Below, one piece after another: positions 9,658 to 18,940 of a stretch of 64,000 nucleotides of DNA; position 1 is the stretch's first letter; each line of letters opens with the position of its first letter. The position numbers and the translations under genes were made by a program. The DNA is taken from the NCBI GenBank assembly GCA_964247025.1, contig CAXTSM010000016.1, positions 8,976 to 72,975 of the forward strand, read 5' to 3'. The notes below the pieces were generated by a model, which saw nothing but the letters and a program-made list of their open reading frames with translations, made no database searches and was not told the DNA's origin. The DNA is from an uncultured Chthoniobacterales bacterium (GTDB lineage Bacteria; Verrucomicrobiota; Verrucomicrobiia; Chthoniobacterales; JAATET01).

Positions 9658-11301
9658 GTGGTATGTTCGCCGCCGGTGTTTGGGCGCATTCCATTTTTAC
9701 TCGCGGTCATGGCGGCGCTCGTTCGGCCGGGCCAGGCCGCCGCGCCGACGCGCTTCGACGTGGAGAACACGGTGGCGACGCTTCCGGAATCCGGCCGCGA
9801 GCCGTTCGGCTCGAGATTTTTTTTCACGGCCGACGCGCAGGTCATCTACCGGGTGCTGCCGGCGGACCGCAGCGACACGGATCCCGCGACGCGGCTGGAG
9901 TTCTGGTCGCCGGGCGCGACCGGCGCGCTGTTTCCCGCCGCGGGTTACCAGAGCCTGGAAGTCGTGGCGCTCAATGCCGCCGGCGAGGCGGTGGGCCGCA
10001 GCGTGACGGAGGATTCCCCCACGCCCAACCCGCACCAGGAGGCCGCGCTTTACTGGACCCCCGAGGGTGGCTCGGTGATCCCTTCCGGCTTCGATCCGGG
10101 CTTCAGCGGGCTCAAGGACATCGACGGCGCCGGTGACGCGGTGGGTTTCACGAACGGCGGGACCTTTCGATTCGTGCGTTGGAATGCCGACGCGCCCGCG
10201 ACGCAGGACGTGATCACGCCGCCGGCGGGATATCCCTACGCGGAGATCCACGGCGTCAGCGCCTCCGGCGAGACGCTGCTCTACGTCACGGACAACGACG
10301 GCAAGCCGCGACTCGCCGTCTGGGACGGGACGACGAGCCTGGTGATCGGCCCGGCGCCGGATGCGGCGGAAACGTTCTCGCCGGCCAACTGCGCCATGAA
10401 CGCCGGCGGCGACGCGGTGATGGTGCTCTTCGTGCCCAACGGCGGCTACCGGGTTATTTACATCCCGGCGGCCAATCGCGCGGGCTACCAGACCTTCTCC
10501 TTCCCCGGCCCGGTCACCGCCATTTACAACCTGCAAATCAGCGCCGCCGGCCTGGCGAGCTGCCAGACGTCGGCGAATTTCGTGAGCATCGTTTCCTCCC
10601 CCCGCGCGATGCAGAACTCCTTCGCCGGTTACAATCCGTTCCTGAACGCCGGCGGCGAATTCGTCTTCGGCAACCAAAGCAACCTGTATTACTGGGACGC
10701 GGCCGCCTGGTCGGGCGCCCCCGTCATCGTGCCGCTTCCGCTGCCCGCCGCGCCGGCCGCGCCCACCGTCGTCGGCTACAACGCCTACGGCCGCCTGCTC
10801 ACGCTCAGCGACAATTCCGCCCAGACGCTGCGCACGCTCTCGATCCTCGCGCCGTTTCCCCCGCGTCCGACGCCGACCCCGGCTCCCCCGCCGACGCCCA
10901 CCCCCGGACCGACCCCTGAACCGACCGCCCCGCCGACGCCCACCCCCGGACCGACCGCCACGCCCGCACCCACCCCGGTTCCGGCGGGCCGGATCACGCT
11001 CGAGCCGCTCCGGCCCTCGCTCGTCCTGGCGACCGGCGCCACCATGCGCGATCGCCGGCTCGTCTCCGCCCGGAAAACCGGCGAACCCGCCGGGCCGGTG
11101 CGCTTTCTGCTCCGGGGAACCATCCCCAGGGGATTGAAATTTTCCACCCTCGACGGGTCGCTGACCGGCCGTCCCGCGACCGCGCAATCGGTGGCGCTGC
11201 GCGTCGCGGCGACGTATTATTCCGCCGGCCGAAAAAAACAGAGCCCGTTCGTGACGATCAAAATCATCGTGCGAAAGACAGCCAGTCGCCCGTCGGCATG
11301 A
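9658..11301 (+). CDS. secreted hypothetical protein with Pro/Thr linker and C-terminal putative Ig-like (cadherin/dystroglycan-type) domain
   Basis: GTG start and signal peptide ([22 protein letters not shown]). Linker [40 protein letters not shown]. The C-terminal ...[21 protein letters not shown]... resembles a putative Ig domain. Confidence 0.6.
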   Translation: MVCSPPVFGRIPFLLAVMAALVRPGQAAAPTRFDVENTVATLPESGREPFGSRFFFTADAQVIYRVLPADRSDTDPATRLEFWSPGATGALFPAAGYQSLEVVALNAAGEAVGRSVTEDSPTPNPHQEAALYWTPEGGSVIPSGFDPGFSGLKDIDGAGDAVGFTNGGTFRFVRWNADAPATQDVITPPAGYPYAEIHGVSASGETLLYVTDNDGKPRLAVWDGTTSLVIGPAPDAAETFSPANCAMNAGGDAVMVLFVPNGGYRVIYIPAANRAGYQTFSFPGPVTAIYNLQISAAGLASCQTSANFVSIVSSPRAMQNSFAGYNPFLNAGGEFVFGNQSNLYYWDAAAWSGAPVIVPLPLPAAPAAPTVVGYNAYGRLLTLSDNSAQTLRTLSILAPFPPRPTPTPAPPPTPTPGPTPEPTAPPTPTPGPTATPAPTPVPAGRITLEPLRPSLVLATGATMRDRRLVSARKTGEPAGPVRFLLRGTIPRGLKFSTLDGSLTGRPATAQSVALRVAATYYSAGRKKQSPFVTIKIIVRKTASRPSA

Positions 11302-11668
11302 GCGGCGCTCCGGCGCAACGCGCCTCCGCGATCTCGTAGACCCAGACCGTTTGCCTCCCGCCGTCGTCACGGTGCGCCTCCGTTTTCACGCGCCGGTATT
11401 CACCCGACGAGGAGCCGCTCGCGCCGATGCCTTCCCACTCGTCGAGCCGGGCGAGCGCCGCCGCCGTCACGTCGAAAATTTCGCCCCGCACCCACGCCGC
11501 GCCCGGATCGAGCCGCAGCCCCGGGTAATCCCCGAGATCGTGGAGCCGGCCGCGGACCCCCGCGCTGGCAAGGAATCGCACCCCCTCGTAATGGACGGTC
11601 GCATCCCGCGAGCCGCCGCGACGCAGCGTGCCGTAAACAAAAAGACGAACGCGCGCGGAACCGTCCAC
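11264..11668 (-). CDS. gamma-glutamylcyclotransferase-like (AIG2/GGACT family) protein
   Basis: VRLFVYGTLRRGG ... GRLHDLGDYPGL ... VRGEIFDV ... LDEWEG pattern of the AIG2-like family. It converges on and overlaps the previous gene by 38 nt. Confidence 0.75.
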   Translation of the reverse strand: MDGSARVRLFVYGTLRRGGSRDATVHYEGVRFLASAGVRGRLHDLGDYPGLRLDPGAAWVRGEIFDVTAAALARLDEWEGIGASGSSSGEYRRVKTEAHRDDGGRQTVWVYEIAEARCAGAPLMPTGDWLSFAR

Positions 11669-11674
11669 GCGGAC

Positions 11675-12271
11675 TCAGCCGGGCTTCGAGAAACCCGTGA
11701 TTTCGCGCAGGCGATCCTCGAGCTCGCGCACGCGCGTTTCCAGCCGATGGATCGTGTCCGCCGCCATGTCGAGTTGCCGGCGTTTCTCGAGCAGGTTCAC
11801 CTCCAGCTCCCGGATGCGCTTTTGCAGGCCGAGGCGAATGATGCCCTTCGACGGCGACCGCGAGCCTGGCCGGTCGTCGTCGGACCGCAGCTCCGGTCCG
11901 GGAAAGAACGCCGTTTCCTCGAACGCCTTTTCCACCCCCGCGCAGCAGTCGAGGATCACCGTCTCGCTCTTGATCTCGCCGTTTTCGTAGAACTCCAGGA
12001 CCGCGCCAATCGTGGTCGGACCGTAATAGTGGTCTTCGTCGAGCTTCACGATCCAGTCCATCTTCAGCTCGGGCACCATCGGCGCCTTCGTCCACACGAT
12101 CGCGTCGTTCGAGACGGAATCCTGCGGCGCGATCTGCGCGGTGCCGGCCCATTCCACGATCTTTCCGAACGTCACCGGACCGAAGACCTCGCCGTTGTCG
12201 TGCTTCTTGAGGTGCCAGTTTTCCGAGGATTCGATGGGCATGAGCGGAAGTTTGTTCGCATGTTCGCGCAC
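11675..12271 (-). CDS. GYF_2 (DUF4339)-domain protein with C-terminal coiled coil
   Basis: Two W-x-GP-x-W type GYF_2-like segments (NWHLKKHDNGEVFGPVTFGKIVEW; DWIVKLDEDHYYGPTTIGAVLEF). A heptad-like tail follows (LQKRIRELEVNLLEKRRQLD...). GTG start at 12271, with an alternative ATG at 12241. Confidence 0.6.
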   Translation of the reverse strand: MREHANKLPLMPIESSENWHLKKHDNGEVFGPVTFGKIVEWAGTAQIAPQDSVSNDAIVWTKAPMVPELKMDWIVKLDEDHYYGPTTIGAVLEFYENGEIKSETVILDCCAGVEKAFEETAFFPGPELRSDDDRPGSRSPSKGIIRLGLQKRIRELEVNLLEKRRQLDMAADTIHRLETRVRELEDRLREITGFSKPG

Positions 12272-12346
12272 CGGCGCGAAAAAACAAGCTTCGCGCTCGC
12301 CGCTTGACCGCCGGAGGACCCGGAATGAGCTTCGGGCCTATTCACC

Positions 12347-13411
12347 ATGCGGACTCCTCTTCTTCTCGTCATCGCGGCCACCATGGCATCCTCCCTGCCG
12401 GCCGCTGATCCGGCCCCCTCGCTCCAGCCGGCCGCCCAAAGTCCCGCCGACCCAAGCGCCGCCGCCTGGGAGAAGATCACCCGACGGCTGGACAACCCCG
12501 GCTCGCTCGACTCGGATGAGGCGACAGGCAATTTCGTGAAGGAAGCCATCGTTTCGCTGAGCGCATTCCTCGCCGACTACCCGTGGAGTCCGCATGCCGG
12601 CGAGGCAAGATTCTCGCGAGCGCAAATGCGACTCTACTCTCTCAAGGACGGCCAGGAGAAGAACCCCGACTTGGCGCCCATCGAGAAGGATCTCCGGGTG
12701 GTCATGGCCGATCCCGCCGCTCCCGCCTCGACAAAGGACGTTGCCGCCATCCTGCTCCTGCAAGCCAAAGCGCGGCACGGCTCTTCCGAGGACCTCGACC
12801 GGGAATTGACCGCCTACGAAAAAGCAAATCCGGGAAAGCCCGTGCCCCGGGAGATCCTCCCGCTGCTGGTCGAGAAGCTGGCAAAAGCCAATCCCGAAAA
12901 AACCCAGAAACTCCAGGCCCGACTCGAGGTCGAGTTGACCGCCTTCCGCGCCAGACAGGCCGAAGAGAACGCCAAGGCGGAAGCGGCGATGCGCAAGTGG
13001 CTCCACCAGCCGCTCGACCTCAGGTTCACCGCGGTGGACGGCTCCCAGATCGATTTGCAGAAGATGCACGGCAAGGTCGTGCTGGTCGACTTTTGGGCGA
13101 CCTGGTGCGGACCCTGCATGCAGGAGGTGCCGAACGTGGTGGCGACCTACAAAAAATATCACGACCGAGGCTTCGAAATCGTCGGCATCTCGTTCGATCA
13201 GGACAAGGGGGCGCTGCTGAAAACCATCGGGGACAAGGGAATGACGTGGCCGCAATACTTCGACGGCAAAGGCTTTGGGAACGAATTCGGCCAGCGGTTC
13301 GGCATCCGCGGGATTCCCACGATGTGGCTCGTCGACAAGGACGGCCGGCTGGTGGACGCGAACGGACGCGACGGCTTGGAGGGGAAGGTCGCGAAGCTGC
13401 TCGGCAAATAG
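12347..13411 (+). CDS. TlpA-family thiol:disulfide oxidoreductase (thioredoxin fold) with N-terminal helical domain
   Basis: Signal peptide. The C-terminal thioredoxin domain has the WATWCGPC active site and ...[15 protein letters not shown]. Confidence 0.85.
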   Translation: MRTPLLLVIAATMASSLPAADPAPSLQPAAQSPADPSAAAWEKITRRLDNPGSLDSDEATGNFVKEAIVSLSAFLADYPWSPHAGEARFSRAQMRLYSLKDGQEKNPDLAPIEKDLRVVMADPAAPASTKDVAAILLLQAKARHGSSEDLDRELTAYEKANPGKPVPREILPLLVEKLAKANPEKTQKLQARLEVELTAFRARQAEENAKAEAAMRKWLHQPLDLRFTAVDGSQIDLQKMHGKVVLVDFWATWCGPCMQEVPNVVATYKKYHDRGFEIVGISFDQDKGALLKTIGDKGMTWPQYFDGKGFGNEFGQRFGIRGIPTMWLVDKDGRLVDANGRDGLEGKVAKLLGK

Positions 13412-13509
13412 CCGGGCGCGACGCCGCCAGGCCGGCGGGCCGTTGTCGCACGCGATTCCCCCTCCGTCGCTTGCGCGGGCCAACCGTTCCGCCTATGGTG
13501 GGCGGCTCT

Positions 13510-14919
13510 ATGAAACAGACGTTGTTGGACAAGGTGTGGCGGGCGCATTCGGTGCGGGAGTTGGCGAACGGCCAGACCCAGCTCCTGATCGGCACGCACC
13601 TCATTCACGAGGTCACCAGCCCCCAGGCCTTCGGCATGGTGCGCGACCTCGGGCTGAAGGTGCTCATGCCCCACCGGACGTTCGCCACGGTCGACCACAT
13701 CGTGCCCACCGACGAGCGAGAGGAGCCCTTCTCCGACTCGCTGGCCGAGGAAATGATCCAGGCGCTGCGAAAAAATTGCGCGGAGAGCGGCGTCACGTTT
13801 TTCGATTTGCCGTCCGGCAAGCAAGGCATCGTCCACATCGTCGGCCCCGAGCAGGGCATCACCCAGCCCGGCACGACCATCGCCTGCGGCGACTCCCACA
13901 CGAGCACGCATGGAGCGTTCGGCGCCATTGCCTTCGGCATCGGCACGAGCCAGGTGCGCGACGTGCTCGCCACGCAGACGATGGCCATCGGCCGGCCGAA
14001 AGTCCGCCGCATCGAGGTGAATGGCAAACTCAAGCCCGGCGTCTACGCAAAGGACGTCATCCTCCACATCATCCGGAAACTCGGCGTGAACGGCGGCCTC
14101 GGCTACGCCTACGAATACGCCGGCACGACCTTCGACCACTTCACGCAGGAAGAGCGCATGACCGTCTGCAACATGTCCATCGAGGGCGGCGCGCGCGTCG
14201 GTTACGTCAATCCCGACGACACCACCTTCGCCTACCTCCAAGGCCGCCCCTACGCGCCGAAAGGCGCGGAATGGGACGCCGCCGTCGCCCGCTGGCGCAG
14301 CTTCGCCAGCGACACCGACGCGGTCTACGACGACATCATCGTCTACGACGCCGGGGACATCGCGCCGACCGTCACCTGGGGCATCAATCCCGGCCAGGCC
14401 ATCTTCATCGACGAATCCGTGCCGACCCCCGAGGATCTCCCGGAAAAAGACCGCGCCACCGCCATCGAGGCCCTCGCGCACATGCACCTGCACGGCGGAA
14501 CCCCCATCAAGGGCACGAAGGTCGACGTCGCCTTCCTCGGCAGCTGCACGAACGGCCGCCTCAGCGACCTCCAGGAAGTCGCCACGTATTTGAAGGGCCG
14601 CCACGTCAAGACCGGCGTCAAGGCCATCGTCGTCCCCGGCTCGCAGGGCGTCTCCGCCCTCGCCGAATCGCTCGGCCTCGCGGAAATCTTCCGCGACGCC
14701 GGCTTCGAATGGCGCGGTGCCGGCTGCTCCATGTGCCTGGGCATGAACCCGGACAAGCTCGTCGGCGAACAACTTTGCGCCAGCTCGAGCAACCGTAATT
14801 TCAAAGGCCGCCAGGGCAGCCCCACCGGCCGCACCGTGCTCATGAGCCCGCTCATGGTCGCCGCCGCCGCCGTCACCGGCGAGATCGCCGACGCGCGAGA
14901 AGTCTTCGAACTCACCTGA
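13510..14919 (+). CDS. leuC: 3-isopropylmalate dehydratase large subunit
   Basis: [15 protein letters not shown]...[13 protein letters not shown], a Cys ligand region ([15 protein letters not shown]), and 469 aa. The ORF-track upstream extension is rejected. Confidence 0.95.
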   Translation: MKQTLLDKVWRAHSVRELANGQTQLLIGTHLIHEVTSPQAFGMVRDLGLKVLMPHRTFATVDHIVPTDEREEPFSDSLAEEMIQALRKNCAESGVTFFDLPSGKQGIVHIVGPEQGITQPGTTIACGDSHTSTHGAFGAIAFGIGTSQVRDVLATQTMAIGRPKVRRIEVNGKLKPGVYAKDVILHIIRKLGVNGGLGYAYEYAGTTFDHFTQEERMTVCNMSIEGGARVGYVNPDDTTFAYLQGRPYAPKGAEWDAAVARWRSFASDTDAVYDDIIVYDAGDIAPTVTWGINPGQAIFIDESVPTPEDLPEKDRATAIEALAHMHLHGGTPIKGTKVDVAFLGSCTNGRLSDLQEVATYLKGRHVKTGVKAIVVPGSQGVSALAESLGLAEIFRDAGFEWRGAGCSMCLGMNPDKLVGEQLCASSSNRNFKGRQGSPTGRTVLMSPLMVAAAAVTGEIADAREVFELT

Positions 14920-14923
14920 CGAA

Positions 14924-15847
14924 TTGGGGCCTCGGTTTTCGAACGGACGACAAGCGCTCGCGGCCCTGCTGCTCGCGCTCGCCGCGCTTCCGACGGCGCC
15001 GGCAAAGGCCGGCGCGCCCTACCTCTGGCGGATCGAGGCGCCGGACGCCGCGCCATCCTGGATCTTCGGCACGATCCACCTCCAGCGCCCGGACGTCGCC
15101 ACGCCGCCCGCCCCGGTGCTCCGCGCGCTCGATCGGGCGGACGCCGTCCTCACCGAGATCCCGATGGACCCCGGCACGCTGCTCGCACTCGCCCCGAAGA
15201 TGCTGCTCCGCTCCGGCCAATCGCTCGACGCCATCCTCGGTCCCCGGACGACCGCCGATCTCGAAAAGGAGTTCCGCTCCATTGATCCATCCCTCGACCT
15301 CGCCTCCCTCTCCCGCCTTCGACCCTGGGTCCTCGCCGCGACCCTGATCGGCGTCGAAGACCAAACGAAACATCCGCACACGGTCGCGCTCGACCAATTC
15401 CTCTTCCAGCGTGGAACGAACGCCGGCAAGGAAACCGGCGGCCTGGAGCGACCCGAGGAGCAGCTCGCCATCTTTGCCGACCTCACCGACTCGGAGCAGG
15501 CCGCCATGGTCCGCGACACGATCGCGCAGGTCCGCTCCATCCGCGCCATCGGCCAATCGCCCTCCGACCTGCTCGCCGGGCTCTACCTCGCCGGCGATCT
15601 CGACGCGCTCGCCGCGAAGCTGATCGAGATCGACGTCGGGGGCGAGGACCCCGCCCTCACCGCGAAGCTCACGGACCGCCTGCTCCACCAGCGCAACGCC
15701 ACGATGGGCGAACGCATGATCAAGAAACTCCGCGACAACCCGCGGAAATCCTTCTTCTTCGCCACGGGCGCCGCCCACCTCCCCGGCCAACGCGGCCTGC
15801 TCTCCGCCTTGGAGAAAGCCGGGTTCAAACTCACCCGCGTCGAGTAA
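14924..15847 (+). CDS. TraB/GumN family protein (secreted)
   Basis: Signal peptide, then PYLWRIEAPDAAPSWIFGTIHL..., the family-typical GTIH motif, and a C-terminal ...FFATGAAHLPG. The TTG start is tentative. Confidence 0.7.
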   Translation: MGPRFSNGRQALAALLLALAALPTAPAKAGAPYLWRIEAPDAAPSWIFGTIHLQRPDVATPPAPVLRALDRADAVLTEIPMDPGTLLALAPKMLLRSGQSLDAILGPRTTADLEKEFRSIDPSLDLASLSRLRPWVLAATLIGVEDQTKHPHTVALDQFLFQRGTNAGKETGGLERPEEQLAIFADLTDSEQAAMVRDTIAQVRSIRAIGQSPSDLLAGLYLAGDLDALAAKLIEIDVGGEDPALTAKLTDRLLHQRNATMGERMIKKLRDNPRKSFFFATGAAHLPGQRGLLSALEKAGFKLTRVE

Positions 15848-15889
15848 ATCCTTGGGCGTTCCGCAATTCGCTCGTAACATTCCCGCACC

Positions 15890-16498
15890 ATGTCCCTCGC
15901 AAAGATCACCCAGGTTGCCGGCACCGCCATTTACGTTCCCGGCGACGACATCGACACCGACCGCATCATCCCGGCGCGGTTCATGAAATGCGTCACGTTC
16001 GACGGCCTCGGGGAATTCGCCTTCATCGATGTGCGCGTCGATCCCACCACCGGCGAAAAAACCACGCACCCGCTCAACGACCCGCGCTTCGCCGGCGCGA
16101 GCATCCTGCTCTCCGGCTCGAACTTCGGCTGCGGCAGTTCCCGCGAACACGCCCCGCAGGCGCTCTACCGCTACGGCTTCCGCGCCATCGTCGCGGAAAG
16201 TTTCGCGGAAATCTTCTTCGGAAATTCCACCACCCTCGGCATCCCGTGCATGGTCCTGAGCCCCGCGGACCTCCAGGCCGTCGCCGCAATCGTCGAGGCG
16301 GACCCAGCCGCGCAACTCGTGATCGACGTGACCGAAAGCAAAGTCACCATCGCCGGCCAAAGCTTCCCGGCCACCCTCCCGCCGCACGCCCACGAGGCGC
16401 TGACCCTCGGCAAATGGGACGCCATCGCCGACCTCCTCGAGGGCATCCCCGCGGTGAAGGAAACCGCCACGAAGCTGCCTTACATGCAAACCGCGTAA
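15890..16498 (+). CDS. leuD: 3-isopropylmalate dehydratase small subunit
   Basis: ...DDIDTDRIIPARFMK...GSNFGCGSSREHAPQAL..., 202 aa. Confidence 0.93.
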   Translation: MSLAKITQVAGTAIYVPGDDIDTDRIIPARFMKCVTFDGLGEFAFIDVRVDPTTGEKTTHPLNDPRFAGASILLSGSNFGCGSSREHAPQALYRYGFRAIVAESFAEIFFGNSTTLGIPCMVLSPADLQAVAAIVEADPAAQLVIDVTESKVTIAGQSFPATLPPHAHEALTLGKWDAIADLLEGIPAVKETATKLPYMQTA

Positions 16499-16682
16499 GC
16501 GCAGGACCGATCCGTCGGCGTTTGCCAATCGCCCAGCTTCCCGCTCATTGCTCCCGAACGAAGATCGTCGGCAAACGGAGCGACCCGCGCGCTCCGGGTG
16601 AGCGAACCTGCCGATGCACGTCTGCGCGAGGTCTGCCTTCTCGACAAAGCCGGCGCAAATATCTCAGCGCGCGCGCTACACC

Positions 16683-17012
16683 ATGATCCTCAACGACGCG
16701 ATTCGCGCGACGCAGGATGTCGACCTGCTCATCGAGGAGTCGGTCGAGAACAACCAGCGAGTGATCAATGGTCTTTCCCGCCTTTCCGACGGAGCCGCGG
16801 CAGAGTTCACCCCGCGGGACTTCATTGAAAATGGAGTCGCGAATTGCCGACGAAGTCGAGGCCGACGTCCACACCCGCGCGTGGAAAGTCTCGTGTGCCG
16901 AGACCATCCCAAACGCCTGTCGGCTCGTCGTCCAAGGCGTCGAAATTCCGTATCTTTCATCGGCAGACCTCCGCGCGAACATCGGGCACTCCGTCGACGG
17001 CAAAGCGAATCT
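16683..17012 (+). pseudogene. frameshifted remnant of a nucleotidyltransferase-like (T-x-D-x-D LLI ...) gene
   Basis: Frame 0 reads MILNDAIRATQDVDLLIEESVENNQRVINGLSRL...FIENG. The sense continues in frame +1 as RIADEVEADVHTRAWKV...VQGVEIPYLSSADLRANIGH. The N-terminus appears truncated. The family assignment is only a resemblance. Confidence 0.4.
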
Positions 17013-17013
17013 T

Positions 17014-17307
17014 CCCTGTAGCCACGGCGCTCCGTCGCCGTGCGGCACGAGATAACGCGTCCCCCCCGGCGGCCTCGACGGCGCGGGCGGCGACACGAGT
17101 GAACTCCTGCACGGCGTTCCCTGTAGCCACGGCGCTCCGTCGCCGTGCGGCACGAGGTAACGCGCCCCCCCCGGCGGCCTCGACGGCGCGAGGCGACGAC
17201 ACGAGTGAACTCCTGCACGGCGTTCCCTGTAGCCACGGCGCTCCGTCGCCGTGCGGCACGAGGTAACGCGCCCCCCCCCGGCGGCCTCGACGGCGCGAGG
17301 CGGCGAC
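17014..17307. repeat. tandem repeat, about 2.8 copies of a 105-106-bp unit carrying a REP-like palindrome
   Basis: CCCTGTAGCCACGGCGCTCCGTCGCCGTGCGGCACGAG... recurs at 17014, 17119 and 17225. Each unit contains the hairpin CACGGCG-CTCCGT-CGCCGTG. Confidence 0.9.
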
Positions 17308-17730
17308 AAGGAGCATTCCAGGTCAACCGCCTTCCTGACCGCTCGACCCTGTTTGACCAAGGATTTTCTTCTCGTTGAAACCTGCCGCGCAAATTGCTTC
17401 GCCCGAAGCAGTCGAAAGTTGGTGGTTGCTTGGAATTATTCGGGGAAAGAAGGAAGCGGAAATTCAGCGTTAGCCAGGAGGGATTCGATAGACGTCGAGG
17501 TAAGGGCGGTCAGCTCCAAGGCGAGTGCCCTCCTCTTCTTCACTTTGCACGACGCCAAGTCACCTTGACCTGCGTTTCCACCGCATCCCCGAGATCGAAT
17601 AATCTCTCACGGGCTTGCAATATACATGAGGCCGAGAACATGAGGCCGAGAACAATCCATCCGCTTTTCGTGATCCTCGTGTAAAGAAGGCCACAAGAAC
17701 CCCGCCATTCAATAACCACCCCCGCCACCC

Positions 17731-17826
17731 TGTAGCCGCCCCGCTCCGTCGGGGCGCGAAACCAGAAAAAAACGCCCCCTCGACAAAAAGCGCACCCCCC
17801 CACGGCGACAGAGCGCCATGGCCACA
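17731..17826. repeat. isolated inverted pair of REP-like palindromes
   Basis: TGTAGCCGCCCCGCTCCGTCGGGGCG (17731-17756) and, in opposite orientation, CACGGCGACAGAGCGCCATGGCCACA (17801-17826). These are the same two module types as in the 20.6-21.4 kb array. Confidence 0.8.
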
Positions 17827-17889
17827 GGAACCTCGCCCTCCGGGTAATTTCCTTGCCGCCCCCGCTTCCGGCCGCTTCGAATCCCTCAA

Positions 17890-18873
17890 ATGATCGCCGC
17901 CCGTTTGCATGCGTTTGATTCCCGGCCCGGATCGATCATCGTCACCCCCCTCTCGCTTCCGCCCCCCGCCTCCGGCGAAATCCGCGTCGAAATGCACTTC
18001 GCGCCGGTCAACCCCGCCGACCTCAACGTCGTCGAAGGAGCCTACGGCCAACTGCCCGAGCTCCCGGCGATCATCGGCAACGAAGGCGTCGGCCGCGTCG
18101 CCGCCCTCGGCGCCTCGGTCACGTCATTGCGCGCCGGCGACCTCGTCGCCCCGCTGGACCCCGGTTCCTGGTGCAGTGCGCGCAACGTGCCCGCCGACCG
18201 CGTCATCCCGCTCCCCGCCGGCATCGACCTCGAACAGGCGTCCATGATCTCCATCAATCCCCCCACCGCCTTCGCCCTGCTGCACGATTTCGCGGACCTC
18301 CGCCCCGGCGAATGGATCGTCCAAAACGCCGCAAACTCCGGCGTCGCCCGCGGCGTGATCCAGGTCGCGCGCGCCCTTGGCCTGCGCACGTTGAACGTCG
18401 TCCGCCGTCCCTCGCTCATCGACGAGCTCCTCGCCCTCGGCGCCGACCGCGTCGTCCTCGAAGACACCGATCTCCGCGAAAAGTCCCGCGACTTGATGGC
18501 AGGAAAAAACGCGCGCCTCGCCCTGAACGCCGTTGGCGGCGCCAGCGCCCTGAACCTCGCCAACGCCCTCGCCGATGGCGCCCCGCTCGTCACCTACGGC
18601 GCCATGGGCCGCCAGCCCCTCAAGATCCCGAACGGCCTCGTCATCTTTCGCGGCCTCTCGTTTCACGGCTTCTGGCTTCGCCGCTGGCTCCGGGAAAAGC
18701 CCGCCGCCGAGCAGGCCATCGTCTTCGCCCGCCTCGCGGAGATGATCGCCGCCGGCGGCCTCCGCGTCCCCGTCCACCGCGTCTTCCCGCTGCGCGAAAT
18801 CCACGCCGCCCTCGCCGAAGCGGCCCTCCCGTCGCGCCACGGAAAAGTGCTGCTCGACCTGCGCGCCACCTGA
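17890..18873 (+). CDS. MDR-superfamily NAD(P)H-dependent enoyl reductase / quinone oxidoreductase-like protein
   Basis: ...VNPADLNVVEGAYG..PAIIGNEGVGRV... GEWIVQNAANSGVARGVIQVA... This resembles 2-enoyl thioester reductase (MECR/Etr1-like) proteins. Confidence 0.75.
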   Translation: MIAARLHAFDSRPGSIIVTPLSLPPPASGEIRVEMHFAPVNPADLNVVEGAYGQLPELPAIIGNEGVGRVAALGASVTSLRAGDLVAPLDPGSWCSARNVPADRVIPLPAGIDLEQASMISINPPTAFALLHDFADLRPGEWIVQNAANSGVARGVIQVARALGLRTLNVVRRPSLIDELLALGADRVVLEDTDLREKSRDLMAGKNARLALNAVGGASALNLANALADGAPLVTYGAMGRQPLKIPNGLVIFRGLSFHGFWLRRWLREKPAAEQAIVFARLAEMIAAGGLRVPVHRVFPLREIHAALAEAALPSRHGKVLLDLRAT

Positions 18874-18940
18874 CGGCCCGACCCGCCGGCATTCTCCCGG
18901 CTTCCCCGCCGGGCGAAATCTGCTAAACCCTCCCGCCGTA

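Noticed and set aside
9662-9664. ATG 4 nt downstream of the GTG at 9658 as the start of the secreted PT-linker protein.
   Set aside because: It is out of frame with the long ORF. The GTG start yields a proper signal peptide, although the AATCCGTGG motif overlapping it leaves the start somewhat uncertain.
16512-16582. 8-bp complementary words (CGTTTGCC / GGCAAACG) after leuD as a terminator.
   Set aside because: The stem is short, the loop is about 35 nt and there is no U-tract. This is not distinguishable from chance.
16545-17392. ORFs reading through the repeat arrays: 16545-17360, 16676-17392, 16844-17266, 20661-21188, 20777-21217 and 20947-21528.
   Set aside because: Their sequences are just translations of the REP-like units (…CSHGAPSPCGTR…, …GTRPDGAGRLQRQP…) and are open in several frames on both strands. 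There is no start context and no domain.
17868-17886. tRNA-like T-loop word (CTTCGAATCCC) just upstream of the reductase gene.
   Set aside because: There is no complementary T-stem, acceptor stem or anticodon arm around it. I found no tRNA or rRNA signature elsewhere in the window either.
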